From Lama guanicoe (taxonomy: Eukaryota): DNA of 64,000 nt. Location of the stretch: NCBI GenBank assembly GCA_013239625.1, contig MU053561.1, positions 1,180,826 to 1,244,825 of the forward strand. The letters are read 5' to 3'. The notes beneath the pieces were generated by a model. It was not told the origin of the DNA, made no database searches, and saw nothing but the letters and a program-made list of their open reading frames with translations. The position numbers were made by a program, and so were the translations under genes. Shown here piece after piece: positions 13,136-26,350 of this stretch (positions within the stretch are counted from its first letter, which is position 1; the number at the start of each line of letters is the position of its first letter).

Positions 13136-13849
13136 TTCTTTCTACTCAAGACCATAGATGCGTTCTGGCTCTGCTCCGGCCTCAAGGGAAATCTTTTCCT
13201 TGTTCGCTAGAGAGGGGAAGAATCCTAGTGATTTGAGCTCTGACTTTGATCTGGGAAATTTCGAGGAAAAATGGAGCATATGCCTTTGATGTTGAACTTT
13301 CCTTTTCACTTGTATGGGACTCAAACTGAAATTACAGTCTTCTGTTATTTTCCCTGTCATGATTTTTGACCTGCTTCTGACAAATAGGGAAAATAAACTA
13401 ACCCGTGTGAGAAAACTAGTGTCAGCATTAGAAAACCATGTATAAGAGCAAATGGAAAACCAACATCCACGAGTCATAAAAATTAATGGCCGGGTGTGGC
13501 ACACAGCTGCCCAACTGTCAGGAGAAAGCTAGATTGTGAATTGCTGGGGAATTAACGATTGTAAGAGGAGGAGAGTAATAGTGATTTGAGCTGTAACACC
13601 AGTGGGAAGGGGGGAACGGGAGGAATGTTTAAGCATTTGCCTTAGAGTCAGTGGCTTTCTTTGATACCTAGGTTTTTTTTTTTTTTAAAACCACAGAAGT
13701 ACCCATCCAATGATGATGAAAGTGGTTATGACAATAGCTGCTGGTGAGATAGGGAAACTAGAGTGTTCTGAGGAAAAGAGATTTATATTTCAGGCATCTT
13801 GAAGTGCTCTAAGGGGATCTCATTAGAGGCCCTTGGACAGGAAATCAGA

Positions 13850-14090
13850 GTTTTATTCAGTTGTGAACACTGGACTCAACTTAAATGATGTAAGTCAAAG
13901 GTGATAAAGAGTGAAACAAGGAAAGCTGAAAGAAAGTGACTTCTCAGACATCATATATGTTACTTCTGCTCATTTTCATTGGCCAGACAAGTCACATGAC
14001 CCAGCACACCATCAGTGGTAAGCCCCTCCTACCAGTACGGCTTGGTGGAGAGAGGTAGCAAGTAGTTTGAACAAATAATGGAACCTACGC
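13850..14090 (-). mobile_element. MaLR LTR (MLT1I/J-like)
   Basis: TTACTTCTGCTCATTTTCATTGGCCAGACAAGTCACATGACC is a hallmark MLT1 block. Confidence 0.75.
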
Positions 14091-14139
14091 TATTACTGAT
14101 GGGATTTTTCGTTATCATAGATTTTCCATTTACTTCTTT

Positions 14140-15145
14140 TTAAATTTTCTTCCAGGTTTATTGAGTTAAAATTGACATATAACATGGTGTAAGTTTAAGG
14201 TGTACAATATAAATGATTTTATTTACATATAGATATATATAGATATACATATAGTGAAATATTTACCACAGTAAGGTTAACACATCCTTTACCTCACATA
14301 ATTACTATTTTGTTGTTGTTACGTTGAGAAAATTAAAGCTTCACTCTCACAGCAGCTTTTGAGCATACAATACTGTTTGTTAACTGTGGTTACCATGCTG
14401 AGCTTTAGACCCCCGGAACTTATTCATCTTATAATTGAAAGTTTGTACTCTTTGACAGTCATCTCCCCATTTGCCCCACCTCTCAGCCTCTGGCAACCAC
14501 CATTCTGCTCTTTGTTTCTGTGAGTTCAATGCTTTTAGATTCCACATAAAAGTGAGATCTTACAGTGTTTGTCTTTCTCTATTGTATTTCAAGTAAATAG
14601 ATGAGGGATGGCCCTCAAGGTCCATCCATGTTGCCACATGGCAGATTTCCTACTTTTTAATGACTGAATAATATTCCACTGTATATGCATATATCACATC
14701 TTCTTTATTCTTGTTACTAAGTTTGGCTATTGTGCATAATGCTGCATGAACATGAGTGAAAATATCTCTTTGAGATCCTTTTTTTCATTTCCTTTGGATA
14801 TATACCCAAAAGTAGGATTATTGGATCCTATAGTAGTTCTATTTCTTATTTTTTGAGGAACTGCCATATTGTTTTTCATGGTGGCTGTACCCGTTTACAT
14901 TCTTACTAACAGTTCCCCAGGATTCCCTTTTCTTCACATCCTTGCCAGCATTTGTTATCTCATGTGCTTGAGAATAGCCATTCTAGCAGGTCTGACGTGG
15001 TATCTCATTGTGGCTTTGATCTGCATTTCCCTGATGGTTAGTGATGTTGAGCACCTGTTCATGTACTTGTTGGCCACTTGTACATCTTCTTTGGAGAAAT
15101 GTCCTCTGCCTGTTTTCTAATCTGATTGTTTTGCTACTGAGTCAT
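14140..15145 (-). mobile_element. L1 3' end (L1MA9-like), 5'-truncated
   Basis: TTTATTGAG..TTGACATATAACAT..TAAGTTTAAGGTGTACAA 3'UTR through GATGTTGAGCACCTGTTCATGTAC (ORF2 C-terminus, antisense). Confidence 0.9.
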
Positions 15146-18100
15146 ATATTGACCCTGCCTTTCTGGGTGTTTTGCAATAGAAAATTTTTCTTTAGGATAT
15201 CTTAATCACCATATTGTTGGAAATGTAATTGCTACCAGGTTTTTTTTAAATAGAAAGTGTGTCAATGCTTCTCAACTTCATGCTACCTTTTTTTCCTGAG
15301 TGTATACATCCTTTAAATCCCTCTATTCCAGCTGCATTTACTGGATCTTTGAGAAAATACACTTGACACCTCCTACCAACCTTTCCTAAACACTTAAGCA
15401 AACAGGAGTATGTACATATATTTGTTCAGTTGTGAAAATATCTATACATATTTCTATTTTAGTGTGAACTTATATTTTAGCATCACCATATAAACTGTGA
15501 TATAAACTTTATTTTTCCAAATGAGTAATACTGGAATGATACCAAAGTCTGAACTGCAAAATTCTTATAAAGTTATTTCTATAAATTAAGTCATGTATGC
15601 TCTTCATTTCCAGTTTGCCTGTTAACAACTATTCTACTTTGAATGCATTTGGAGGAGCAAAATATAACTTATTTTTGTTGCCATTTGCAAATCCTGGCAA
15701 TAATTTCTCAAGTCCCAACTTTATATGAAACTTTTAAGATGAAATTTGAATAATGTGAACCCCAAGTATAGCAATTCATATTGATGAAAAAGTCTAGAGT
15801 CAAATGTACATGCTGAGTTTATCAGTAAGTGGCTGCAGGACTCCTTAACAGTGGAATTTCCTGGTTTCCTTTATGACTTTACAATATCAAGCTTGACCTT
15901 TAAGAGTTTCACCACGGTGTAAGCTTTATAAACAGTCAATCACTAGCAGGTACCCCAACATCTGGGAGATCAAACACAGGTTTTGACGACTGGATAGTAA
16001 CAATAGCTATGATTGTAGTTACCAGTTATTGAGTGGATGCTTCATGTTAATAACTCAATGTTTGGTCTTGCTTATCTTTTCTGTAACCCTGCAGATGAAG
16101 AAAGGGAGGCTCAGGAAGGATAACTTGCTGCCTTTCCTTCAGAACTTCTTTTTTTCTAAAATTAATTGGCTAAAATTTTGGGAGCTATATGCACTTGACA
16201 GTCTGTCAGGGTAATGTTGATGTACTTTCTAATCCTGCAAGTTGAAGGATAACTGAAGTTTGCAGGTGGCTGGTTGGCTCAGGATGGATTAACTCTGGAG
16301 GTTTATGTAAGTAAGGCTCATAAACAGTGGAAACTGACCACGTGGTCATGGTTGGATAGTCACTCAAGCTCATCTACTGTTTTCCTTTAAAACTAATATG
16401 ACTGGGAGTTTTACTGTCTATATGCCAAATTTGTACCAAGAAGATTGAAATTTTATGATTGCTGCATACCATAGGGTGTTAGGATTATCTTGGAAAATTA
16501 AAATATAGACAGATACATTTCTTCCTGAGGGCGTTGTCAATATTTGTTTGTATGTATATTTATTTAGATAAACTCCATAGGTAATTTTGATGTAGGTGGT
16601 CAGATGGCCGACATTAATCATCTAGCATCCGTTATTTCATCCTTTTATGACTAGGTGAGTTACAGGACAGAATCTCTTCATTGTCAACTTTAGGTGTAGA
16701 AAGGAAACAAATTCCACTTGGCTCGAATATGGAGTGGAATTTTATTGTCTGATCTAAAGAACACAAGCTTATGAAAAATGATACTAACTCCTAGTCAATT
16801 AATGGTTCTGATTTTCCCTACTGCTTGCAAAAATACATTAGAGAAACAGAAGTTTTAACTTCTTTCTAAGTATACGTGTATGTGCATGTTTATACATATT
16901 ATTTTTCAGTTTGTCAGTTAAATAAGGTGTGATCATTAGATAATGAGATTCAATAGCTAAGTTGAAAAAAATTTTAAAGTTTTACTTTATAGTTGTATCC
17001 CACACAAGCGACATGTATATTTTTTTATCCGTGTCTTTTAGAAGTTATTTTGTGAAAAGTGACCACAATGGCTGCCCTGATGAGAAAAAAGATTGTATGA
17101 TTCTCAGGCAGTTGATGCTAAAGCTTCTCCATTTCTAGGATGTTCACAGAAATATAGGGCCATTACAGTGTCAGTATTTTTTATTTTTGCACATCCTTGT
17201 TGGCTTGCTTTTTTAGAAGACAGTCATGTCAAGTATTGATGCCCTTTGACAGGTCCTATTAATACACGTTGCATTCTTGCCACATTGAGGTGTGGTCTTT
17301 CACTCCTCCAATATCATGCAAACTTGATTGCACACAAAGTGGTACTATGTTCCCCAGTATATGGTATTATTGCTTTTCATTCAAGTTTGAATTAGGGAAA
17401 CATGCTCTGTCCTAACAGGGAAGCCTTTAGCATTGACACACTGTATTCTTTGCCACAATGTGTCACTCAGTGAACACATTTTTATAATTAGTGCCTGAAA
17501 TACCATGGGTGAAAAACCTGTCTCCTTTATCATAGTAAGCCTTAATTGGACCACTCTTTGCTTCGTGACCAAAAATGGTCCGTACTAGTGAAGGTGAGAA
17601 TTGCAACTATTATGTTAGCAGTGGGAATCATTGCACATGGGTTCCATCTGGCACATATACATCGGTTGGACACTTCTGAGATTCCTGTACAAAACTCCTC
17701 CAGATCATATTCATTTTTCTTCTTTCTGAAAATGTATATATCAGCAAGAAAACTGCATGCCTACCTCAAAGTCCTAAAGTACAGTTCATCTGGCTTTTTT
17801 ACAGTCTGACAGTAAGCATCCTTTACACTTTCTTTTGTTGAGCCACAGTCACCCTCCTCCACTTTTCCCATCAATTTGTTACCTCACTGTTCTTGTATAG
17901 CATTGGCCATGGGTATATTATTAAAACAGTCAGAAGCACGTGAATACTCAATTAAAATAGTCATCATAACAAGCAGATGAGTCTGATCTACCTGTAATAC
18001 ATGTCTGTGGATTACAAATACAGTATTGCCTATCAAGTCTCAGAACGGGGAATGACCTATTTCAGGAGTAACAAAAACAGCTTCCATGATCAAGGTACTC

Positions 18101-18974
18101 TGAGGGGCTGCAGTTGCTTAAAAAAAAGATTTATCCTACAGATAGAGTCCATACTGGCTAATTTCAAAGAATTATCATGAGCATAATATGCAAAAAAATG
18201 TATAAGGTCATAATGAGCCTTAGGAAATGAGTGTTTTACTTCCCAGTCACAGAATGCTGTGAAAAGTCCTTAATTCTTGTGTGTCAACATTTATATTGGA
18301 TTTGATTCTGTCTATATTTCCACAGTAGCCAATGTAAATAACAGCATTTAGTGGCTCATATAAAGTACCTAAAAAGTTAGCAATAATCAGTGTTTCTCTC
18401 AACACTCAGTTTAATCTGTATTTGTACTTAACTGTCCATCACTACCCCCAGTGACAAATACTTTTTTAGAATGAGTATGTTAAAATCAGGAGTTATGTCC
18501 TTAATCTCTTCATTCAAAAATTTTCCAAGTCTACCTGTCTATTGGTTAAGTCAACAGCATCTTTTTAAACTGGGCCCCTTCTTAGGAAAGGCTGAACAAT
18601 GCGGAAGACTGCTACCAAGATCATCAAAGCAGGTGCAGAAAGCATCCAGGGACTTCAAAATACATGCCACAAAACCTTGCCAGTTGCAGCCGGAGCAAGC
18701 TGCTGACTTGCAAAGTGGCCCACTCCTGGGAAGGGCAGGTCAGTGCCTGGGTGGGTGGAGCTAGAGTGGCTGGGGAGGGGTGGCTGGTCAGGCTCCAACC
18801 TTGCAGGGGCGGCAGTGGGAGGGGCACTCTCCTGGGCGGGGTCTAGTCTGTGCTAGACCACAGTTGCCACACCCTCCCCGAAGCTACACCTGAGAAGAAG
18901 GTTAAGAGCCCCCTTTTCACAGAGCTCATATTCTGCAGGAGGACCAAGGGATGAATTAATTTATTTCTTTATTA

Positions 18975-19220
18975 TAGTCAAGAAGAATCTTGGGATGCTG
19001 GAAGTATGCGTAGCATGGGGCGAAAGCTGGATGGTAATTAGGGAGGCTGTCTTGAGCAGATAATGCTAGAGCTGAGCTCTGAAGGGTGTGTACAGAATAA
19101 TCAGACAGCTGAAGGAGCTGGAGAGGAAGATCTCTAGGCAAGAGGCACAGCAAGTGCAAAGGTCTTAGGGCTAGAGAGGAGGGCACTTTAGAGGAACTGA
19201 AAGGCAGCAAGAGAGCAGAA
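18975..19220 (-). mobile_element. L2 fragment
   Basis: GAGCTGAGCTCTGAAGG..TAGGCAAGAGGCACAGCAAGTGCAAAGG..GAGGAACTGAAAG. Confidence 0.75.
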
Positions 19221-20604
19221 AACACCTTGACGCTAATCGGCAAGAAGTTGCTCTGCTTGATACGTATAGATAATTGTTTTGTCACTTTCAGATTTGTTGA
19301 AATATCTCCTTCGCAGCCTTCATTCCTTTTGCCTCCTTTTTTTTTCATAATTAAGAAAATATTTCTTGTTTTCTTTTATTACATTGAATGGAACCTAAAT
19401 AGTCATTTAAGTTTAGACTTAAAATGTGAGTCTCAAATAATATTTTTGTGAACTCTGACAAAATATAATGGAAAATTTTCCAATTAAGGATTCAGAACTA
19501 TAAAACCTCTTGACCATCTTTTGTGTGGATATGATTAGGTTTAGGCAGATATAATTTTTTTAAAAAATAGATATTCCCATATGAAATTCAGTTTGGTAAG
19601 ATAACTGTTAGAAATAAATTTTATCTGTGTTTCCCAAGATGATAATGTTACAGATCAAGTTAAAAGAAAGGAATGGTAACACAAATGATGGGGAGGTGAA
19701 ACCTTGACTTCTGAATGCTCACCTAGGAGATGACACCTTCTTTCCACTGTTCTTAATAAATTACAAAATTGAAGTCATAGCCATGCTGCCTATTTGCAGC
19801 CTTGTAATAAGTCTTCCAGAGGAAGCTGGGCTGATGTCAGGGAATTGTCATTTGAATCTAATACTTTTTCTCCATCATGCCAAATCATTTCAATGTGTCC
19901 TGCTTGGTGAAAGGAGACTCGTAAATGCCTCTGCCACCCGTCACTGCTGCAGATCAGCAAAGAGGGATCCCTCTGGCAGTGTTTATCTAGCAACCAAAGT
20001 TGTGTTGCTAGTGTGAAGGTCGCCCCACATGAACCCATCAATCACCAGGCAGGATCTTTCAGCCTCACTATGAGGACTGAGATCCAGCAGATACCTTAAA
20101 CTGTCCCCTGGATCCACAAGAGTTCCCGTAAAAGAAAACAGAGAAGCCGTGTCCCAGATACACAAACACAACTGTATAAAAACCAAGGCCACACTCTGCT
20201 CTGTCCATTTATCAAGGGGAGTAGGTCTGTAAAATGTTTTTAAAAAATTTTAATATGACATTATCTTCCTTATTATTTCATGATCATCTGTGTAATAATA
20301 AATACCACGTACCCTCTGGATAGACTGCACTGTGTATGTCGTGTTGATCTAGCATTAAACAACTCTGATCTGTATCCTGTGTCCTCTTATAAGAGAGTAC
20401 TTGAGCTTACCACTTACTACATGACACGCCCCCTCAAAGGCCATTTAAATCATGTTGCTCCCTTCCTTACAACTCTTCAGGGGTACTTACAACTTACAAG
20501 GATACAAGATAAAGTCTGAATGTCTCAGCATGGCACCAGTACCCTTTATCTTACACTTTCATGAATATTGCTTCTGTTATCTCCTTTTTAAGGCATTCGT
20601 TTCC

Positions 20605-20762
20605 TTTTTTTTTTCCTTTAATTAAAAAAGAATTTTTTTTGCCAGTTGGGGAGGTAATTAGGTTTGTTTGCTTGTTTGTTTATTTAAAGTGAGTCATGGG
20701 GATTCAACCCAGGACCTTATGCATGCTAAGCATGTGCTCTACCACTGAGTTATACCCTCTCT
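20605..20762 (-). mobile_element. Camelid tRNA-derived SINE (Vic-1 type)
   Basis: Reverse strand reads GAGGGTATAACTCAGTGGTAGAGCACATGCTTAGCATGCATAAGGTCCTGGGTTGAATCCCC (A and B boxes), then AAACAAAC..CCTAATTACCTCCCC and a poly(A) tail. Confidence 0.85.
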
Positions 20763-21223
20763 GACTTTTTGCCTTGTCCACCCCTGGAAGGCTTCATGCT
20801 TAACCTATTTATCACTTGTTTGTAGTAGTATATGTCAGATATTTGTCACTCGCCATGAACTGCCTATGTGCGCATATCATCCCTGGAGAGAAGGTACCGT
20901 ATTGATAATTTTTTTGTATTCTTCATGGTTCCTTGCACCCTGCAGGTGCATGGTGGGTAACCATTGGTGATAACAAGGAGCCCAGCAGTGGTTAGTCATT
21001 TTGCACACTGTGTAGGAATGCTTAGCAGCAGGAGGTCAACACCAGCCAACATTTCTTTTCATTCTTCCTCTATTTGATTATTGTATATCAGTAATATTAA
21101 TAGACATATACTTATTTGAAAAATAATTCCTTTCCACTCACATATGAATAAAACTTTAATGCATATATAACAAATATCAAAAAATAACAAATATCCTTAG
21201 TGCATTTCAATTGCTGGTGACAT

Positions 21224-21242
21224 CGGTCACTAGATGGCACAC
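21224..21242 (+). promoter_or_regulatory. CTCF-like motif
   Basis: CGGTCACTAGATGGCACAC aligns to the CTCF core TGGCCACYAGRKGGCRCTA, in non-repeat sequence. Confidence 0.5.
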
Positions 21243-22469
21243 CACAAGCCTCTGCGGGGCAGTCACACAGGCTGCCCCATTGTCTGAAGAAGGACAGCAA
21301 AGATTCAGAGCACTTTGCTTGGGAAAAATGACATCTGAAGGGATATTCTGTAAGTCTGCCTCAAAGTAAAAATTAGATTTAGAACGCATAAACACATGAC
21401 AGATGTTAGTGTGAGCTGTAAGAAATCATTTATTCGACAGATATTTTTTTTTTTAAAGAAGCGAGGTACTAGGCAGTGTGTCAGGCCCTGAGGAGGACAG
21501 TAAGATGCTAAGACCTGCTAAGAATTTATGCCTCACGCTGCCTTCCAGTTGGTACTGAGAGAACAAAGCCAACAGCACAAATAGTGGATTGTTTAACTCC
21601 TGAGGAAGAAAGTAGAAGAAAAATAGTTGGATGAAAATTCCACAGTGACCTTCAGTGTATTTATTATGTCAGTGTTTATTCGTCTAAAGTCTGCACCAGT
21701 ATCATTGATGGTTTGTGTTGATTTTAGACTGCAAGAATATATAACTCCATAGTCCTCTGTGCAGGACGTTCATTATACATGTTTTATGTAATCAGTGCAC
21801 AGGACACAAATAACTCACAGTGCAGTAAACCTGAAATTCAATGTACAAATGTACATGATGCTGTTTGTTTGCTGTGGCTCCATTTCCCTCACATGGTGGG
21901 TTATGCACTTGTAGCCTGCTCTACGAGGACCTCACACCTGCCCTTTGCTCTTGCGCAAAGGCCAAGTTTTAGTGTCTCAGGGCCCCAGGCCCCTTACATG
22001 AGTGATTCTCAGTGTTCACGTGTGGTTCGTAGGCGGAAATGCCCATGGTCTGTTGCTTTTATTTTCAAAAGCTACTTATTCTTAATTTACTACCCATTTC
22101 ATTCTCTTTTCCCTCTTTGCCACCCCCACCCCTGAGTATCTGATTTTCAGTTATTCTAAATAGTATGGTAATTGCTATAACACAACCTTAAAGAAATTCC
22201 GAAAGTCATTTAACTTTTTCCAGCATAACATGTTTTTATAGAAAATGAGGAAACTCAAATAGAAAATATTTTTTCATTCTCATTCTTGCATCTCATATTG
22301 CTGTTAATATTTTAGTATGTTTCCTGCCAGTCCTTTTTATAGTTATATTTTTTCAGTCATGATAAATCTTTGCCTACTAAAATTTTACTAAGCTACATAA
22401 CAAAAACAGTTTTTATATTTTTATAAACTTAATAACGCATACATATATTGCTCAGTTTATTAACTCTAG

Positions 22470-22850
22470 GTCAGCAATAAGCTACATGTCCCTATACTGT
22501 TTTGTCTTCCCACGTACAACACAATTACAGTTCGGTGGGGGCTCATGTGACTGAGTTACAGCCAATGTGGGCAAAGTGATGCAAGCTTCTGCTAGGCTTT
22601 CCCCTTGAGGATACTTTACACAGTCCTTCAGGCGTCTTTTCTCTTCCCTGGAAAGCCATATACTTCAAATACCACATCTGTTAACTCATGATAGAAAGGG
22701 TCTAGATTCCCGAGTCATTGCTTGGAGAAAAGCTGACAAGGAGCAGCCCTTAATCCACACTGGATTGTTGCCATTTGTTTTGATAAGCCACTGAAATTCG
22801 TGGGTTGTTTGCTACTGTGATATAACTTAGCCTGTCCCGAGGAGTATGCA
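22470..22850 (+). mobile_element. MaLR LTR (MLT1H/I-like)
   Basis: CATGTGACTGAGTT..GCCAATG..TAAGCCACTGAAATT..GGGTTGTTTGCTAC..TAACTTAGCCT. Confidence 0.75.
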
Positions 22851-23034
22851 TATGGCTATTTTTGCTAGTTCTAAGTACTTTTTGCTGCATAATTACAATA
22901 TGATGATTCTTTGTTGCATTGGGTTTTTCTCCCTCTATTTCAGAGTATTCTCTTTAGATGGACTTCCAGAGGTAAAACTTTTGATCAAAGGATATAAACT
23001 GTAATACTTATTTGTAGCCTCTTCATACCATACT

Positions 23035-23215
23035 TCTCTCACAGCATTACATATTATATTTACAAAAGAATTATGAACATGTCTCTCACTCCTATGAGAT
23101 TGCAAGTTCCTCAAAGATGGAATCAGTATTTAATCTATTTTGTATTTCCTACTCCTTAATGTAGAGTCAGAGAGTGGGCATGAAAGAAGCGTTTGCAGAA
23201 CACATGAAGCGGGTA
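23035..23215 (+). mobile_element. L2 3' tail fragment
   Basis: AGATTGCAAGTTCCTCAAAGATGG..TTTGTATTTCC. Confidence 0.55.
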
Positions 23216-25473
23216 TGGATTAAGTGATAGCTATATTGTAGTCATTCTCAAGATTTTGGCATTAGGAATGGAAAAGTCTATCTCTAAAAGCTAGCTTAGC
23301 ATGACACTTTTTTTTTTTTGGCCCAAAGTAGTGTAAAGCTAATCTTTGACTACTAAGCATTCAGGGTTTGAGTGAAAGTGTCTTTAACATGACAGATGGG
23401 ACAGTACTTTCTTTTTATTGTTGTCATGCCTTTGAGTTGAATTTTGGCTATGTCATTTTTTTTCAATGTTCATTAAAGCTAAAGACTGTATCTGCATGAT
23501 GTAATATAAAAAGGAACGTGTTTTAGATTATTTGAATAATTAGCCAAATAGATGGCTTCCATGGTTAATCCAGATCGATCGTTTAGTGTTATGTCATGAT
23601 GTCCTAAATAAAGGATCTTGCCAACGGTTATATTAATAACTGTTCCAACTCATTTGAATGAAAAAGTGACCCATTTTACATCTACAATATTATAATTGTT
23701 CTATTAGTGCAGTAGGAAAATCTATGCTTATTACATAGATTTAAACACATTGTACATCAATGCATATTCTCGTGTTCTTTAGGTTGTATAATTATATATG
23801 CGGCAAACATCAATCATGCTTCAATTTACCATATACAGAGGTTGACCTTAGTCATGAGAAAAGACATGTCTCCTATACGGATGGAAGGAGGGAGGGAGGG
23901 AGAGGTGAGGACAGAGCTGTATTTCTAAGTGTGTTTGAGGGGCCAGGAGGCAGAGAGTGCCAGCCTGGTCTTTGTTCTCGTGCAGCCGGCAGTGGAATCG
24001 CTGTTGAGTGTCGGAGGGATGGTGGCCGTCCCTCTTGCTGGCCTTTGATCCTCCGCAGCCCCCAGCTCTGGGACCTTGCCTTTGTCGCTCTTGCATCTTC
24101 AGTGCCTTTCTTCCTCCTAGTTCCTTCCATTTAGCCCGTGAACAAGCTCAAGGCTCTTTCCCTCCTCCCTCCAAAAGTTCCCTTGACTCCCAACCTCTCA
24201 TTCGTTCTTTCTTGAAACCCTCTCCTACGTGGCTTCTGGGACTCTGCATTCTGGTCTCCCCTTACTCCTATTTGATCTTTGTTTTCTTTTTGAGGTTTTC
24301 TCACATACTGTTTTCCAGATTCTACTCTCTCTCTCCTCATTCGCTGCTGCAGTCAGACTCTTTGAAGGCAGGTCTCTCAATTTTAGTCCTCAATAAGGTT
24401 TGAGTAGAATAACATGTACAGAGTATAATTAAAATATTCTTATCCTCCTGTAAATCTGTGTGCAGCTGTGTATATTATACTCAACCTTACAAAATAGTGA
24501 TAGATTTTTATCCCAACAAAAATATATGCCATTCAAAGTAAATCTTATTATATTGCATATTACACCAAAGTACAACGAGGATCACAAAGATGAAGGCATC
24601 TATTATATTATCTCTTACTGCACTGGGCACCAGGGGGAAGCCATAAAAACAAATACCAGGTCTTGAGCTCCAACTTCTGTAAGGAAACTTTTTTTTTTCC
24701 TAAGAGAGTTAATACAGACTTAAGACAGTATGAAACATGAAAAAAAACGTAGAAGTAAGGAGAGCTAGTTTGCATTATAGGGTGAAATGCAGTGGCATCT
24801 ATCAGACATGATTTTATGAAGTTTCCTCACAGCACAGATAAAGTTGGCTTGTCTTGGGTGAGTGAATCCACTTCAAACTGATCAGAATCCTAGGATGAGT
24901 ATAAAAAGGAATTTGAAGGTTCTTTAAATACATGTATGAGAAAACACTGAGAACCTACTAGATTTTTTTTCAAATTTAGAAAGCAGAAGGTGTTGAGGTC
25001 GTGGACAGTCTGTTTACTTGATGATGTGCAGGGCTGTGGAAGTCACGGTTAATTTCCTGACCTCACACAGTGCTGATGACATCATCCTCCCGCTTTCATT
25101 TTCACTCTTCAGTGATGATAATATAATAGGACTTTAATCACTTTGACTTAAAAAAAAAACAACTCTTTCATTTCTCTAATCGCCATGATTACTCAAAAGC
25201 TCTGCAGAAAACCTAGTTTTTAAATATCCTATACGTGAAAAACCTTGGTAGAAGTCATTGGGACTCTATTAATATTAGGAAGACTACATGATTCGGTGCA
25301 TTAATATTTGAGAAAGTTTTCTAAAGAAATCAGGAAGAAAAGGGAGGTGTTGAAAGGTAAAATTAAACCCAGTAATTTCTCCTTAGACTTTATTATTTGT
25401 TCTAAGAGACCACCATCATGGGATTCCTCTAAATGAAGCATATTAAAAATTCAAATAGGATTAGTGAAAAAGC

Positions 25474-25647
25474 CAGTGGTTCTTAACCACAGATATGTGA
25501 TAGAGTCATCGGAGGGGTGTGCGTGCCTGCACTGGCCCCGTCTCTGGACATTGTAATTGAACAGGTATTGGGTAGGACCTGGAACCCTATGTTCAGAATA
25601 ATTCCACAGGGCATTCTGATGGGCACTCCCCGCCTTGGGAACCACTG
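25474..25647. mobile_element. MER5A-type hAT-Charlie MITE
   Basis: TIRs CAGTGGTTC...GAACCACTG, 174 bp long. Confidence 0.8.
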
Positions 25648-26149
25648 AGCTATGCTGGGTATCCTGTACTCTGGGCCAACACAGAAGACAGAGAAGTAGA
25701 GAGCATCATTTTCAGGTCAGAGCTTAGAGCTTTTTACTGTGGAATGTAGATGCAGAATGTGGATATAGAAAATATTGTGAACATGAAAACCATAAATGAA
25801 TAAATGAATCTACTGCATGGGTTCCTAAAATTTTTCATTCTGCAGTTCGAGTGCTCAAAATTGACTGTAGCTCACTTTGGTGTGAAAAAAGCCCAACACT
25901 TCCTGACAGATGGGCCTGTACCATCTAGCTGTTAATGAGAGACATCATTGAATCTGTCATTTAAGGTGTGTCATTGCAAGAAAATAAACATGTTTCAGCT
26001 GAATAGGTAGAAAAATCATCTATTGAAAACCTACTGCAATCCCTGGAATGCTAAAGAACTAGGGTCAGCAAGTAGGAATGAGGGAGGCTGGGCAGCCAGT
26101 GCCATGCTAAGGGACTCCTTGTAAGGTCTCCATTGCCCCTGCTTGTCTG

Positions 26150-26350
26150 TGGCTCCAGCACCCAGATCCAAAGTCTGGGACAGAGGCCTCTGGTCACCAA
26201 ATACAGATCAAGTGTCTACGTCTGTGCTGAAGCAGAGGGAAGCTGGGAAGTCAAGTATTTGGCTTTTCCAGCCTCATACGTGGGAGGCAGTTCTGACTGC
26301 CACCCAAACTCATATGGTGGAAAATTCCTCAAATAGGGGGTTCACATACA
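26150..26350 (-). mobile_element. Old MaLR LTR fragment (MLT1M/N/O-like)
   Basis: GGGAAGCTGGGAAG..TTTTCCAGCCTC..GTGGGAGGCAGTTCTG..AATTCCTCAAA. Confidence 0.5.

Noticed and set aside
20690..20762. tRNA-Ala-like gene
   Set aside because: It is a SINE head with a mutated B box and stems, followed by the SINE tail and poly(A)
23760..24403. Overlapping 124- and 131-aa ORFs
   Set aside because: Low-complexity purine/pyrimidine-biased sequence; no recognisable homology or exon structure
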